Below are positions 51,527 to 60,025 of a DNA stretch of 64,000 nt, one piece after another. This DNA is from Bacteroidota bacterium (lineage in GTDB: Bacteria > Bacteroidota > Bacteroidia > Flavobacteriales > Flavobacteriaceae). Location of the stretch: the NCBI GenBank assembly GCA_040387175.1, contig JAZKED010000004.1, positions 8,210 to 72,209 on the forward strand. Reading direction: 5' to 3'. How positions within the stretch are numbered: position 1 is the first letter of the stretch; each line of letters begins with the position of its first letter. The notes under the pieces are model-generated. The model searched no databases. It worked only from the letters and a program-made list of their open reading frames with translations, and was not told the DNA's origin. Position numbers and translations under genes: made by a program.

Positions 51527-52565
51527 TGTTCTCATTTTTTTGGTTTAATATTTCTTTTTTTAATTCTTCTATTTCTGTAACAATCTTTGGTAAATTTCTG
51601 AAATGAACATATGATTTACTAAAGTCATTATATCCCATTGTTGGACTTCCCTGCAAAATCTCATCATCTTTAACATTTCGGGCAACACCGGATTGCGCTT
51701 GAATCCTAACATTATTGCCTATTGTCAAATGACCTACAATACCTACCTGACCACCAATCATTCCGTTATATCCAATTTTTGTAGAACCTGCAATTCCTGT
51801 TTGGGCAGCTATTACCGTATTCTCACCTATTTCCACATTATGACCAATCTGAATTTGATTGTCCAATTTCACTCCTTTTCTTATAATAGTCGAACCCATT
51901 GTTGCTTTATCGATAGTAGTATTGGCTCCAATATCTACATTATCTTCTATAACAACATTTCCTATTTGGGGGATTTTTGTATATGTTCCGTCAGGATTAG
52001 GTGCAAAACCAAAACCATCAGCACCAATTACAGCTCCAGAATAAATGGCACAATTATTTCCAATAATAGTATCTGAATGAACTTTTGCTCCTGCAAAAAT
52101 AGTAACATTATTACCTATTACTACATTGTCTCCAACGAAACTATTTGGATAAATCTTAACATCATCACCTAAAACTACATTTTCTCCAACGTATGAAAAA
52201 CTTCCCAAATATAAATTTTCTCCATATTTTACACTTTGAGATATAAATGAAGGCTGTTCAATTCCAACTTTATTTCCCTTTTTAGCTTGATCATAAAATT
52301 CCAGCAATTTAGTAAAAGACAAATAAGCATCTTCTACTTTTATTAAGGTTGTAGTTAATTCTCCTTCAGGGATAAAGGTAGTATTGACAATAGTTATAGT
52401 AGCTTTTGTTGTATATATATAATGCAGGTATTTTGGATTAGCCAGAAAACTTATAGAACCTTCGGAGCCTTCTTCTATTTTAGATAATTTATATACTTGG
52501 GCATTTGGATTTCCAACGATTTCTCCTCCTAAAACACCCGCTATTTGCTCTGCTGTAAATTTCAT
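51519..52565 (-). CDS. lpxD: UDP-3-O-acylglucosamine N-acyltransferase
   Basis: [23 protein letters not shown] and [11 protein letters not shown] motifs. Confidence 0.96.
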   Translation of the reverse strand: MKFTAEQIAGVLGGEIVGNPNAQVYKLSKIEEGSEGSISFLANPKYLHYIYTTKATITIVNTTFIPEGELTTTLIKVEDAYLSFTKLLEFYDQAKKGNKVGIEQPSFISQSVKYGENLYLGSFSYVGENVVLGDDVKIYPNSFVGDNVVIGNNVTIFAGAKVHSDTIIGNNCAIYSGAVIGADGFGFAPNPDGTYTKIPQIGNVVIEDNVDIGANTTIDKATMGSTIIRKGVKLDNQIQIGHNVEIGENTVIAAQTGIAGSTKIGYNGMIGGQVGIVGHLTIGNNVRIQAQSGVARNVKDDEILQGSPTMGYNDFSKSYVHFRNLPKIVTEIEELKKEILNQKNENNG

Positions 52566-52661
52566 CTTATTTGATTATACTTTTCATAGGAATAAGATGG
52601 AACTCTCTACAAAATGTTCTGCTAGTATTCAAAAAAAAGGTGTTGGTTCGTTTCATCTCGA

Positions 52662-52669
52662 CAAAAATA
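52662..52669 (-). promoter_or_regulatory. -7 element for the lpxD operon
   Basis: CAAAAATA on + reads TATTTTTG on -. Confidence 0.5.
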
Positions 52670-52696
52670 TAAAAAATAGATTTTAAATATTCATTT

Positions 52697-53926
52697 TTAT
52701 ACAAGTTGTTTTGGAAAACATATGTAATACTTGGTTACCGACTTAGATAAAGACTTCAAATTCAATTGATCAGAAACTTCAACAACGTCTTCAATTGTTT
52801 TATTTTTTTTCAAAATTCGTATAGATTCAGCTTCTTTGCTATATGCCTGATTTTTAATTTTACCTTTAAAAATAAAATAATTAGTATCTGCTAAATTTAT
52901 ATTGTTTTCTAATGCTAAACGTTCTTTTAATACTAGTAATTCATCAGATGAAGGCTTTTCATCGGTTAGCTTTATTTTTAATAAATCTCTGTTAATAATC
53001 ATTTTACTCAATGACGATAGGATAAAATCATCTTGTTTTTGCCAGGATTTTAAAGCGCTGATAATATCAAAATCATCTAATTGTGAAAACAAATCTAAAT
53101 TTTCGCTATCGAAAGTTTCAATTGTAATTTTATTTTGCATAAAGAAAAGTAACGGTTCGCTACAAGGCAAAATGATTCCTTTCTGAACCAATTCTTTGGC
53201 ACGTTTTAAGACTTTAGTCAAAATCAATTCCGCTACTAAACTTGTTTTATGTAAATATACCTGCCAATACATCAATCGTCTGGACATCAAAAACTTTTCT
53301 ACTGAATATATCCCTTTTTCTTCAATGACCAAATCATCATCAACCACATTCATCATCTGAATTAAACGTTCCGAATTGATGTTTCCTTCTGCCACTCCGG
53401 AATAGAAACTATCTCGTTTCAAATAATCCATTCGATCCATGTCCAATTGACTGGAAATAAGTTGTAACATGAATTTTCGGTGGTATTGGCCTTTAAAAAC
53501 CTGAATAGCTAAACTCAACTGACCTTTAAATTCCACATTCAATTGATTCATAAATAAAAGTGAAATGGCTTCGTGATGTACGTCTTCAACAATACTACTT
53601 TCCATAGCATGTGAAAATGGACCATGACCAATGTCATGCAACAAAATAGCAATATATAATGCATTTTCTTCTTCAGACGAAATAGAAACTCCTTTAAAAC
53701 GAAGAACATCAACAGCTTTTTGCATAATGTGCATACAACCCAGAGCGTGATGAAAACGAGTGTGATTAGCCCCTGGGTAAACCAAATAAGATAATCCCAT
53801 TTGGGAAATACGCCTCAATCGCTGAAAATAAGGATGTTGGACTAAATCGTAAATTAAGGGATTTGGAATGGTAATAAATCCATAAATGGGATCATTGAAT
53901 ATTTTTAGCTTATTAATTTCGTTCAC
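52697..53926 (-). CDS. HD-domain phosphohydrolase (YwfO/SAMHD1/dNTPase-like)
   Basis: FQRLRRISQMG, HTRFHHALG, LLHDIGHGPFSH and DMDRMDYL motifs. Confidence 0.92.
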   Translation of the reverse strand: MNEINKLKIFNDPIYGFITIPNPLIYDLVQHPYFQRLRRISQMGLSYLVYPGANHTRFHHALGCMHIMQKAVDVLRFKGVSISSEEENALYIAILLHDIGHGPFSHAMESSIVEDVHHEAISLLFMNQLNVEFKGQLSLAIQVFKGQYHRKFMLQLISSQLDMDRMDYLKRDSFYSGVAEGNINSERLIQMMNVVDDDLVIEEKGIYSVEKFLMSRRLMYWQVYLHKTSLVAELILTKVLKRAKELVQKGIILPCSEPLLFFMQNKITIETFDSENLDLFSQLDDFDIISALKSWQKQDDFILSSLSKMIINRDLLKIKLTDEKPSSDELLVLKERLALENNINLADTNYFIFKGKIKNQAYSKEAESIRILKKNKTIEDVVEVSDQLNLKSLSKSVTKYYICFPKQLV

Positions 53927-53946
53927 TATAATTTTCTTTTGGGTAA

Positions 53947-53954
53947 CAAATATA
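53947..53954 (-). promoter_or_regulatory. -7 element for the HD gene
   Basis: CAAATATA on + reads TATATTTG on -. Confidence 0.55.
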
Positions 53955-54084
53955 AGGAAATTGGAGTGTAATGAAAATTTTAAGACAAATTCTATTTTAT
54001 ATCCAATACCTTAAAATAATATTAAATTATGCATACAATTGGTAACTTCACATAATAAAAAAAGTAACTTGGCGTAATGATTAT

Positions 54085-54092
54085 TACTTTTG
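54085..54092 (+). promoter_or_regulatory. -7 element for porX
   Basis: TACTTTTG, 19 nt before the ATG. Confidence 0.55.
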
Positions 54093-54111
54093 AACATATA
54101 CTACAAAAATT

Positions 54112-55665
54112 ATGGATAAGATAAATATACTTTGGGTCGATGACGAAATCGACTACTTGAAACCACACATTTTATTTCTGGAAAAGAAAAACTATAGCGT
54201 TACAACTTGTAATAACGGACGTGATGCGATTGATATTTTTGAAGAAACTAATTTTGATATTGTTTTTTTAGACGAAAATATGCCAGGAATGAGTGGATTG
54301 GAAACACTTTCGGAAATGAAAGAAAAAAAATCGTCTATTCCGATGATTATGATTACCAAGAGCGAAGAAGAATATATTATGGAAGAAGCCATTGGTTCTA
54401 AAATTGCTGATTATCTGATAAAACCAGTAAATCCAAATCAGATTTTATTGAGTTTGAAGAAAAATCTGGATCATTCGAGATTGGTTTCACAAAAAACTAC
54501 GCTTGATTATCAGAAAGAATTCCGCAAAATTTCAATGGAAATGGCAATGGTCAATTCGTATGAAGACTGGGTGGAACTATACAAAAAATTGATTTTCTGG
54601 GAATTAGAACTCGAAAACATTGATGATCAGGCTATGATTGAAATTCTTGAATCCCAAAAAACAGAAGCAAATTCTCAATTTGGAAAATTTATTGAACGTA
54701 ATTACGAAGATTGGTTTGCTCCAAAAGCAGATAAACCTGTTCAGTCTTATACATTATTCAAAGAATTAGTTGTTCCAGAGTTGAAGAAAAAAGATAAACC
54801 AATCTTATTTGTCGTGATTGATAATTTACGCTACGATCAATGGAAAGTTTTTGAAAGTGTAGTTGGAAATCACTATAAATTGGAAAAAGAAGTTCCTTAT
54901 TACTCCATTTTACCAACAGCTACTCAATATGCCCGAAATGCTATTTTCTCAGGTCTAACACCTCTTGAAATGGAAAAACAGTTTCCCCAATATTGGAAAA
55001 ATGATCCCGAAGAAGGAGGCAAAAATTTATTTGAAGCTGAATTTTTAACCGCTCAATTAAAAAGATTGGGTTTAAATATTAAGGAAGATTATTTTAAAAT
55101 TACCAATCTTGCTGGTGGGAAAAAACTAGCAGAAAATTTCAAAGCCTTAAAATCTAATGATTTGGTTACGGTGGTTTACAATTTTGTAGATATGCTTTCA
55201 CACGCCAAAACCGAAATGGATGTAGTTAAAGAATTAGCTTCAGACGATAAAGCATATCGCTCATTGACATTAAGCTGGTTTAAGAACTCTCCTCTTCTGG
55301 AAATTATTCAACAGGCTCAAAAATTAGGTTTTAAATTGATTTTAACTACAGATCACGGAACCATAAACGTAAAAAATCCTTCTAAAGTTGTTGGCGATAA
55401 AAACACGAGTCTTAATTTAAGATACAAAACAGGACGTAGTCTGACTTATGAACAAAAAGATGTTTATGCAGTGAAAGAACCAAAAAATATTGGTTTACCT
55501 ACAATAAATATGAGTAGTTCTTATATTTTTGCAAAAAATGATTTGTTTCTGGCTTATGTCAACAACTACAATCATTATGTGAGTTATTATAAAAACACCT
55601 ATCAACACGGTGGAATTTCGTTGGAAGAAATGATTATTCCGTTCTTGATTTTTAACCCAAAATAA
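54112..55665 (+). CDS. porX: PorX-type response regulator (receiver plus PglZ/alkaline-phosphatase-like domain)
   Basis: Receiver WVDDE, FLDENMP, ITKS, IKP; PglZ motifs IDNLRYDQW, LPTATQYAR, FVDMLSH, TTDHG and HGGIS. Confidence 0.93.
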   Translation: MDKINILWVDDEIDYLKPHILFLEKKNYSVTTCNNGRDAIDIFEETNFDIVFLDENMPGMSGLETLSEMKEKKSSIPMIMITKSEEEYIMEEAIGSKIADYLIKPVNPNQILLSLKKNLDHSRLVSQKTTLDYQKEFRKISMEMAMVNSYEDWVELYKKLIFWELELENIDDQAMIEILESQKTEANSQFGKFIERNYEDWFAPKADKPVQSYTLFKELVVPELKKKDKPILFVVIDNLRYDQWKVFESVVGNHYKLEKEVPYYSILPTATQYARNAIFSGLTPLEMEKQFPQYWKNDPEEGGKNLFEAEFLTAQLKRLGLNIKEDYFKITNLAGGKKLAENFKALKSNDLVTVVYNFVDMLSHAKTEMDVVKELASDDKAYRSLTLSWFKNSPLLEIIQQAQKLGFKLILTTDHGTINVKNPSKVVGDKNTSLNLRYKTGRSLTYEQKDVYAVKEPKNIGLPTINMSSSYIFAKNDLFLAYVNNYNHYVSYYKNTYQHGGISLEEMIIPFLIFNPK

Positions 55666-55732
55666 TAGTTATTAGTATTCAGTGATCAGTTTACAGAAAA
55701 ATTTGAACACTGATTACTGAATACTGAACATT
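55666..55732. repeat. Intergenic hairpin of tandem 7-nt CAGT units, porX-tsaE junction
   Basis: AGTATTCAGTGATCAGT pairs with ACTGATTACTGAATACT (one G-U). Confidence 0.75.
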
Positions 55733-55739
55733 AAATTTT

Positions 55740-56147
55740 ATGGAAATTAGTTTTTCATTAGATCAACTCGAAGAAGTTGCTAAGCAAATATTAGAACAAA
55801 ACCTAAATAAAGTGATTCTTTTTCACGGAGAAATGGGTGTCGGAAAAACAACTTTAATCAAAGTTTTAGCAAAAAAATTGGGTGTAAAAGATGTTACCAG
55901 TAGTCCAACTTTTTCTTTAGTTAATGAATATCAAATAACTGGCAATCAAAAAGTTTATCATTTTGATTTTTATAGAATTAAAAATGAAATTGAAGCTTTA
56001 GATATGGGAGCTGATGAATATTTCTATTCAGGAAATTGGTGTTTTATAGAATGGGCAGACAAAGTTGAAAATTTAATTCCTGAGCTTCATTCAGTTATTT
56101 CCATTAGTTTGCTTCCTGACGGGAAACGTTCTTTATTATTAACATAA
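55740..56147 (+). CDS. tsaE: tRNA t6A biosynthesis ATPase
   Basis: GEMGVGKTT, SSPTFSL, YHFDFYR and IEW motifs. Confidence 0.96.
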   Translation: MEISFSLDQLEEVAKQILEQNLNKVILFHGEMGVGKTTLIKVLAKKLGVKDVTSSPTFSLVNEYQITGNQKVYHFDFYRIKNEIEALDMGADEYFYSGNWCFIEWADKVENLIPELHSVISISLLPDGKRSLLLT

Positions 56148-56302
56148 ATAAAGATTTTATATCTAAATAAAAGTAACTCAATAGCAGTGTTTTTGAGATA
56201 TATTTTATAGTTTTTAACAAAACCATAAACTTAATTTATCCTGGAAAAACAGTCCAATTCTAAACTTTTTACGTAAATTGTACCACAAATTTGCACAGAA
56301 CA

Positions 56303-57496
56303 ATGTCAATCACTCCATTTACAAAGCAACAATTACTACCTCAAGAAGAAAAACTTGAAATTGCAAGACACAAAAGCGAACTTTTCATTGGTGTACCCAA
56401 AGAAACTAGTTTTCAAGAGCGTCGTATTTGCCTAACGCCAGATGCTGTAAATTCATTGACATATCAAGGACATCGTGTAATGATTGAAGCTGGTGCTGGA
56501 GAAAGTTCTAGTTATTCGGATAAAGAATACAGTAATGCAGGTGCAGAAATCACAAACGATACTAAGAAAGTATTTGGTTGTCCAATTATCCTAAAAGTGG
56601 AGCCGGCTACTTTGGCAGAAATAGAAATGATAAACCCTGAGTCTATTCTAATTTCAGCTATTCAATTGAAAACCAGAAAGAAATCTTACTTTACGGCTTT
56701 AGCCAAAAAGAAAATAACCGCTCTCGCTTTTGAATACATAAAAGATGAAGACGGCTCCTACCCCGCAGTAAAATCCCTGAGTGAAATTGCTGGAACAGCA
56801 TCCATATTAATTGCTGCTGAATTGATGATTACCAATGAATTTGGAAAAGGATTATTATTTGGTAACATTACCGGAGTTCCTCCTACTGACGTGGTTATTC
56901 TTGGTGCTGGAACTGTTGGAGAATTTGCTGCAAAAACAGCTATTGGCCTGGGTGCCAATGTGAAAATTTTTGATAATTCGATTACAAAACTTAGACGATT
57001 ACAAAACCATTTGCCTCAACGTATTTTCACTTCTACCATACAGCCTAAATCTTTACTAAAAGCGCTTAGACGTTGTGATGTAGCTATTGGGGCGATGCGT
57101 GGCAAAGAACGTTGCCCGGTTATAGTTACCGAAACAATGGTCGAACATATGAAAAAAGGAGCTGTTATTGTTGATGTAAGTATTGATACCGGAGGCTGTT
57201 TTGAAACCTCAGAAGTGACAACTCACGAAAAACCAACTTTTGTAAAGAATGATGTCCTCCATTATTGTGTACCTAATATTCCATCACGATATTCCAAAAC
57301 AGCATCACTGTCTATTAGTAATATCCTCACCCCTTACTTATTACAAATTGCAGAAGACGGAGGAATTGAAAGTGCCTTAAGATGTAATCATGGTTTAAAA
57401 AATGGCGTTTACTTATATCATGGTATAGTAACCAACAAAGCCATTGGGGATTGGTTTGATTTACCTAACAGTGATATCAATTTAATCGTATTTTAA
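56303..57496 (+). CDS. Alanine dehydrogenase-like protein with an N-terminal extension (ATG 56303)
   Basis: IGVPKE, ERR, GAG, SEIAG, ILGAGTVG and VDVSIDTGG motifs; the catalytic His position reads Q. Confidence 0.8.
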   Translation: MSITPFTKQQLLPQEEKLEIARHKSELFIGVPKETSFQERRICLTPDAVNSLTYQGHRVMIEAGAGESSSYSDKEYSNAGAEITNDTKKVFGCPIILKVEPATLAEIEMINPESILISAIQLKTRKKSYFTALAKKKITALAFEYIKDEDGSYPAVKSLSEIAGTASILIAAELMITNEFGKGLLFGNITGVPPTDVVILGAGTVGEFAAKTAIGLGANVKIFDNSITKLRRLQNHLPQRIFTSTIQPKSLLKALRRCDVAIGAMRGKERCPVIVTETMVEHMKKGAVIVDVSIDTGGCFETSEVTTHEKPTFVKNDVLHYCVPNIPSRYSKTASLSISNILTPYLLQIAEDGGIESALRCNHGLKNGVYLYHGIVTNKAIGDWFDLPNSDINLIVF

Positions 57497-57509
57497 ATAA
57501 ACTTTCCGT

Positions 57510-57517
57510 TATCTTTG
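57510..57517 (+). promoter_or_regulatory. -7 element for the 57534 gene
   Basis: TATCTTTG followed by CCGAAAA. Confidence 0.6.
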
Positions 57518-57533
57518 CCGAAAATTTAATTTT

Positions 57534-57908
57534 ATGAAGTTTACACATCGTTTTGCTTATTATTTATTAGGATTAGTAATGGGCTGCTTCTTTGTAGCCG
57601 CTGTATTTAGTGGAAAAGATACTCGTTGTAATTATTTTCCAAATGCGAGAGTTTTAAATGATTTAAGAAATAAACCTTTCCATTATTCTGATAAGGCATC
57701 ACAAATATTGGCTGAAAAATGGATTGATACTACTGATATTAAAAACTGTTTAAAATTTGGTGATGTAGATTTTGATAAGAGTAATGTAAAAGTGGGAACC
57801 GGAAAACTATACATCATAGAAGGAAAAACGACTAAAGACCAAGAAGTAACGCTAGAAGTACTTAATTATTCCGAAAAAGCAGTTTTACAAAATATTATCA
57901 AAAAATAA
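57534..57908 (+). CDS. DUF4258-like small membrane-anchored protein
   Basis: N-terminal TM (RFAYYLLGLVMG), then CNYFPNARVL...GDVDFDKS. Confidence 0.7.
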   Translation: MKFTHRFAYYLLGLVMGCFFVAAVFSGKDTRCNYFPNARVLNDLRNKPFHYSDKASQILAEKWIDTTDIKNCLKFGDVDFDKSNVKVGTGKLYIIEGKTTKDQEVTLEVLNYSEKAVLQNIIKK

Positions 57909-57925
57909 AGTTCTGACAATTACAT

Positions 57926-57958
57926 AAAAAAACTCCTCAATTATTTGAGGAGTTTTTT
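57926..57958. terminator. Bidirectional terminator between convergent genes
   Basis: AAAAAAACTCCTCAA-TTA-TTTGAGGAGTTTTTT. Confidence 0.85.
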
Positions 57959-57983
57959 GTGTAAATTTGATTTTCTTGAAAAA

Positions 57984-58652
57984 TTACTCCACCTGCATAA
58001 TAGTGAAAAATGATTTAGATCCACCAACTAAAGTAATACCTGAATCAGGCGTTGCTCCAAAAAATACCTTATCACCAGTATTAAGCTTCAATAAAGTTTG
58101 TACTTTTCTTGTTGGCGGAGATACTTTAACAACTACAGCATTAATACTAGTATATTCTTCCTCAGCTTCAAGAGTAGTTGTAGCGCCCTTAGTCGTGAAA
58201 ATAGCAACTCCTACATTTACTAATGATACTAATGAAGTCAATTCAAATTGCACATAAACACTATAAATTCCTGTTTTAGGGGCAGTAAATTCATATGTTG
58301 TGGTATCAAAATCAAGATTTTCATCAAATGCCTCTGTATTAAAAGCAATTTTTTTATATGCTGTACTCCCAATTGTTGCACCAAGAGATGTGGTTGTACC
58401 TCCTGTTCCTTTTACAAAAGATTTTATATGGCTATCATATATTTGTTTAGAAGTTACCCTATTAATGACTCCAGAGTTCACTACAAGAACTGAATCTTTT
58501 GCAGATACTAAAGTATTGTTCAAAATAGTAGTCCTAACTTTTAAATCTCCTTTAACATCTAATTGCGCAGTGGGAGAAGTAGTTCCAATTCCAACTTGAG
58601 CATAAGTTGTAACCGAAATTAAAACTAATAAACTAAGTATTTTTTTTTTCAT
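57984..58652 (-). CDS. Secreted protein with a VGIGT repeat motif and a C-terminal C1q-like domain (ATG 58652)
   Basis: Signal peptide, AQVGIGTTSPTAQLDVKG, then FNTEAFD...YEFTAPKTGIYSV...LNTGDKVFF...FFTIMQV. Confidence 0.8.
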   Translation of the reverse strand: MKKKILSLLVLISVTTYAQVGIGTTSPTAQLDVKGDLKVRTTILNNTLVSAKDSVLVVNSGVINRVTSKQIYDSHIKSFVKGTGGTTTSLGATIGSTAYKKIAFNTEAFDENLDFDTTTYEFTAPKTGIYSVYVQFELTSLVSLVNVGVAIFTTKGATTTLEAEEEYTSINAVVVKVSPPTRKVQTLLKLNTGDKVFFGATPDSGITLVGGSKSFFTIMQVE

Positions 58653-58863
58653 AATCAATTTTTATTTAATTTTTAAATACTAAACTATGAACTCTAAATT
58701 GTAATCTTAAAATGACCCCTCCTTACTTTTATCTAATTAATCTCCCTTAAATTTACATAAAAAATATTATTAATTTACTTTTTTTTACGTCAATTATACC
58801 TACAAATTAATTATTTGATTTTTAGCAAAATAACTTCATTTAAGCATTCATAGTTAGATTTAT

Positions 58864-59433
58864 TTAAACAACTCCTAGTCTTTTCATTTCCCAAAAACAC
58901 TTTGCTGTTGCATTAATATCAACAAATGCATTATGTGCTTCTTCAAATCTGGTATTAAAAAGTTTATCATGTAAATCAGAAAGTTTAGGCCATTTAAAGC
59001 CAAAAATTCCAGGAATTTTACAAAAATTTGTAGCAGTTTTCATCGTGCAAATTTTATCTTTAGCTGAAACTATATTTTGAAAACCATTTCTTAATAGCTC
59101 AGAACCAACCACTTTTTCATCAAAACTCATATTATGGGCTACTAATACTTGAGATTTACTAACCAAATTTTGGAAATGATCAAGAACGTTTTCTAATTCT
59201 ATACCTTCATTCATTGCTTTTACTGTAGAAATCCCATGAATTCTTGAAGATTCTGAAGGAATCGTAAAACCATCTGGTTTAATAATAAAATTACCTTCTG
59301 AAATTTTATTACCATCATCATCATAATATAAATAAGCTAATTGCACCAATCTTGGCCAATTATTTAAATCTGTCACTGGAGCTTTCCAATCTCTTGGCAA
59401 ATTTGTTGTTTCAGTGTTAAAGAAAAGATACAT
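58864..59433 (-). CDS. DnaQ-like DEDDh exonuclease with ExoI Asp replaced by Asn
   Basis: FFNTETTNLP, WPRLVQLA, IHGIS, AHNMSFD and HNAFVDINA motifs. Confidence 0.85.
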   Translation of the reverse strand: MYLFFNTETTNLPRDWKAPVTDLNNWPRLVQLAYLYYDDDGNKISEGNFIIKPDGFTIPSESSRIHGISTVKAMNEGIELENVLDHFQNLVSKSQVLVAHNMSFDEKVVGSELLRNGFQNIVSAKDKICTMKTATNFCKIPGIFGFKWPKLSDLHDKLFNTRFEEAHNAFVDINATAKCFWEMKRLGVV

Positions 59434-59450
59434 ATCAAAAAGTATTAAAT

Positions 59451-59669
59451 TTATATTTCAAAAATCACTTTACCTGAAGCCAGCCTTGCAATTTCTTTTA
59501 AATCAGCAGTTGGTTTAGAATCTGCATTTCTGATTATAAAAGTTGCATTATGAGAATTTAATATAGATACAATATTTTTCAACTCTGAAGTTGTCTTGGT
59601 TGAAGCGTCTATATTTAACCATTCTCCCAATCTTGAAAAATCTCTTAAATCTGCGGTTGTTTTTTGCAT
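59451..59669 (-). CDS. 72-aa hypothetical protein with three internal repeats
   Basis: KTTADLRDF / KTTSELKNI / KPTADLKEI at about 22-28 aa spacing; stop lies 17 nt before the exonuclease ATG. Confidence 0.7.
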   Translation of the reverse strand: MQKTTADLRDFSRLGEWLNIDASTKTTSELKNIVSILNSHNATFIIRNADSKPTADLKEIARLASGKVIFEI

Positions 59670-60025
59670 GTCCTTATTTTTTTAAAGTTGAATTAATAAT
59701 CCATTTTTTCAGTTTTTAGATAACTTAAGTTTGGATATTTCTTAGTTTATAGGAATAAAAATAAGGATATGAAAAATAGAAGGAGTTGTTTAGCAATCAA
59801 CTTTAACAAAATAGGCAGTTTAACTGCAAAACGTGTTAAAAAAACACCAGCATATTGCTATAAAAGGTAGATTTTAATGTAGTTTTAAGAAGTATATGTT
59901 TAGCAAAAAAATTAGATTTTGCCAATGTTAAATTTAAAATTCCCTTTCAAATTTATAGAGAATATGATTTTTGAGGTTTATTTATAAGACTTAAACATCA
60001 GTTAGATTTCATACATATTAAATTA

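Noticed and set aside
33915-55732. Tandem-unit intergenic repeats as possible CRISPR arrays
   Set aside because: Units are 7-8 nt, with no unique spacers of 25-45 nt and no cas genes.
59815-59827. GCAGTT-T-AACTGC palindrome upstream of the microprotein/exonuclease pair
   Set aside because: Single short occurrence with no second site or identifiable cognate regulator; may be chance or part of the kinase terminator region.
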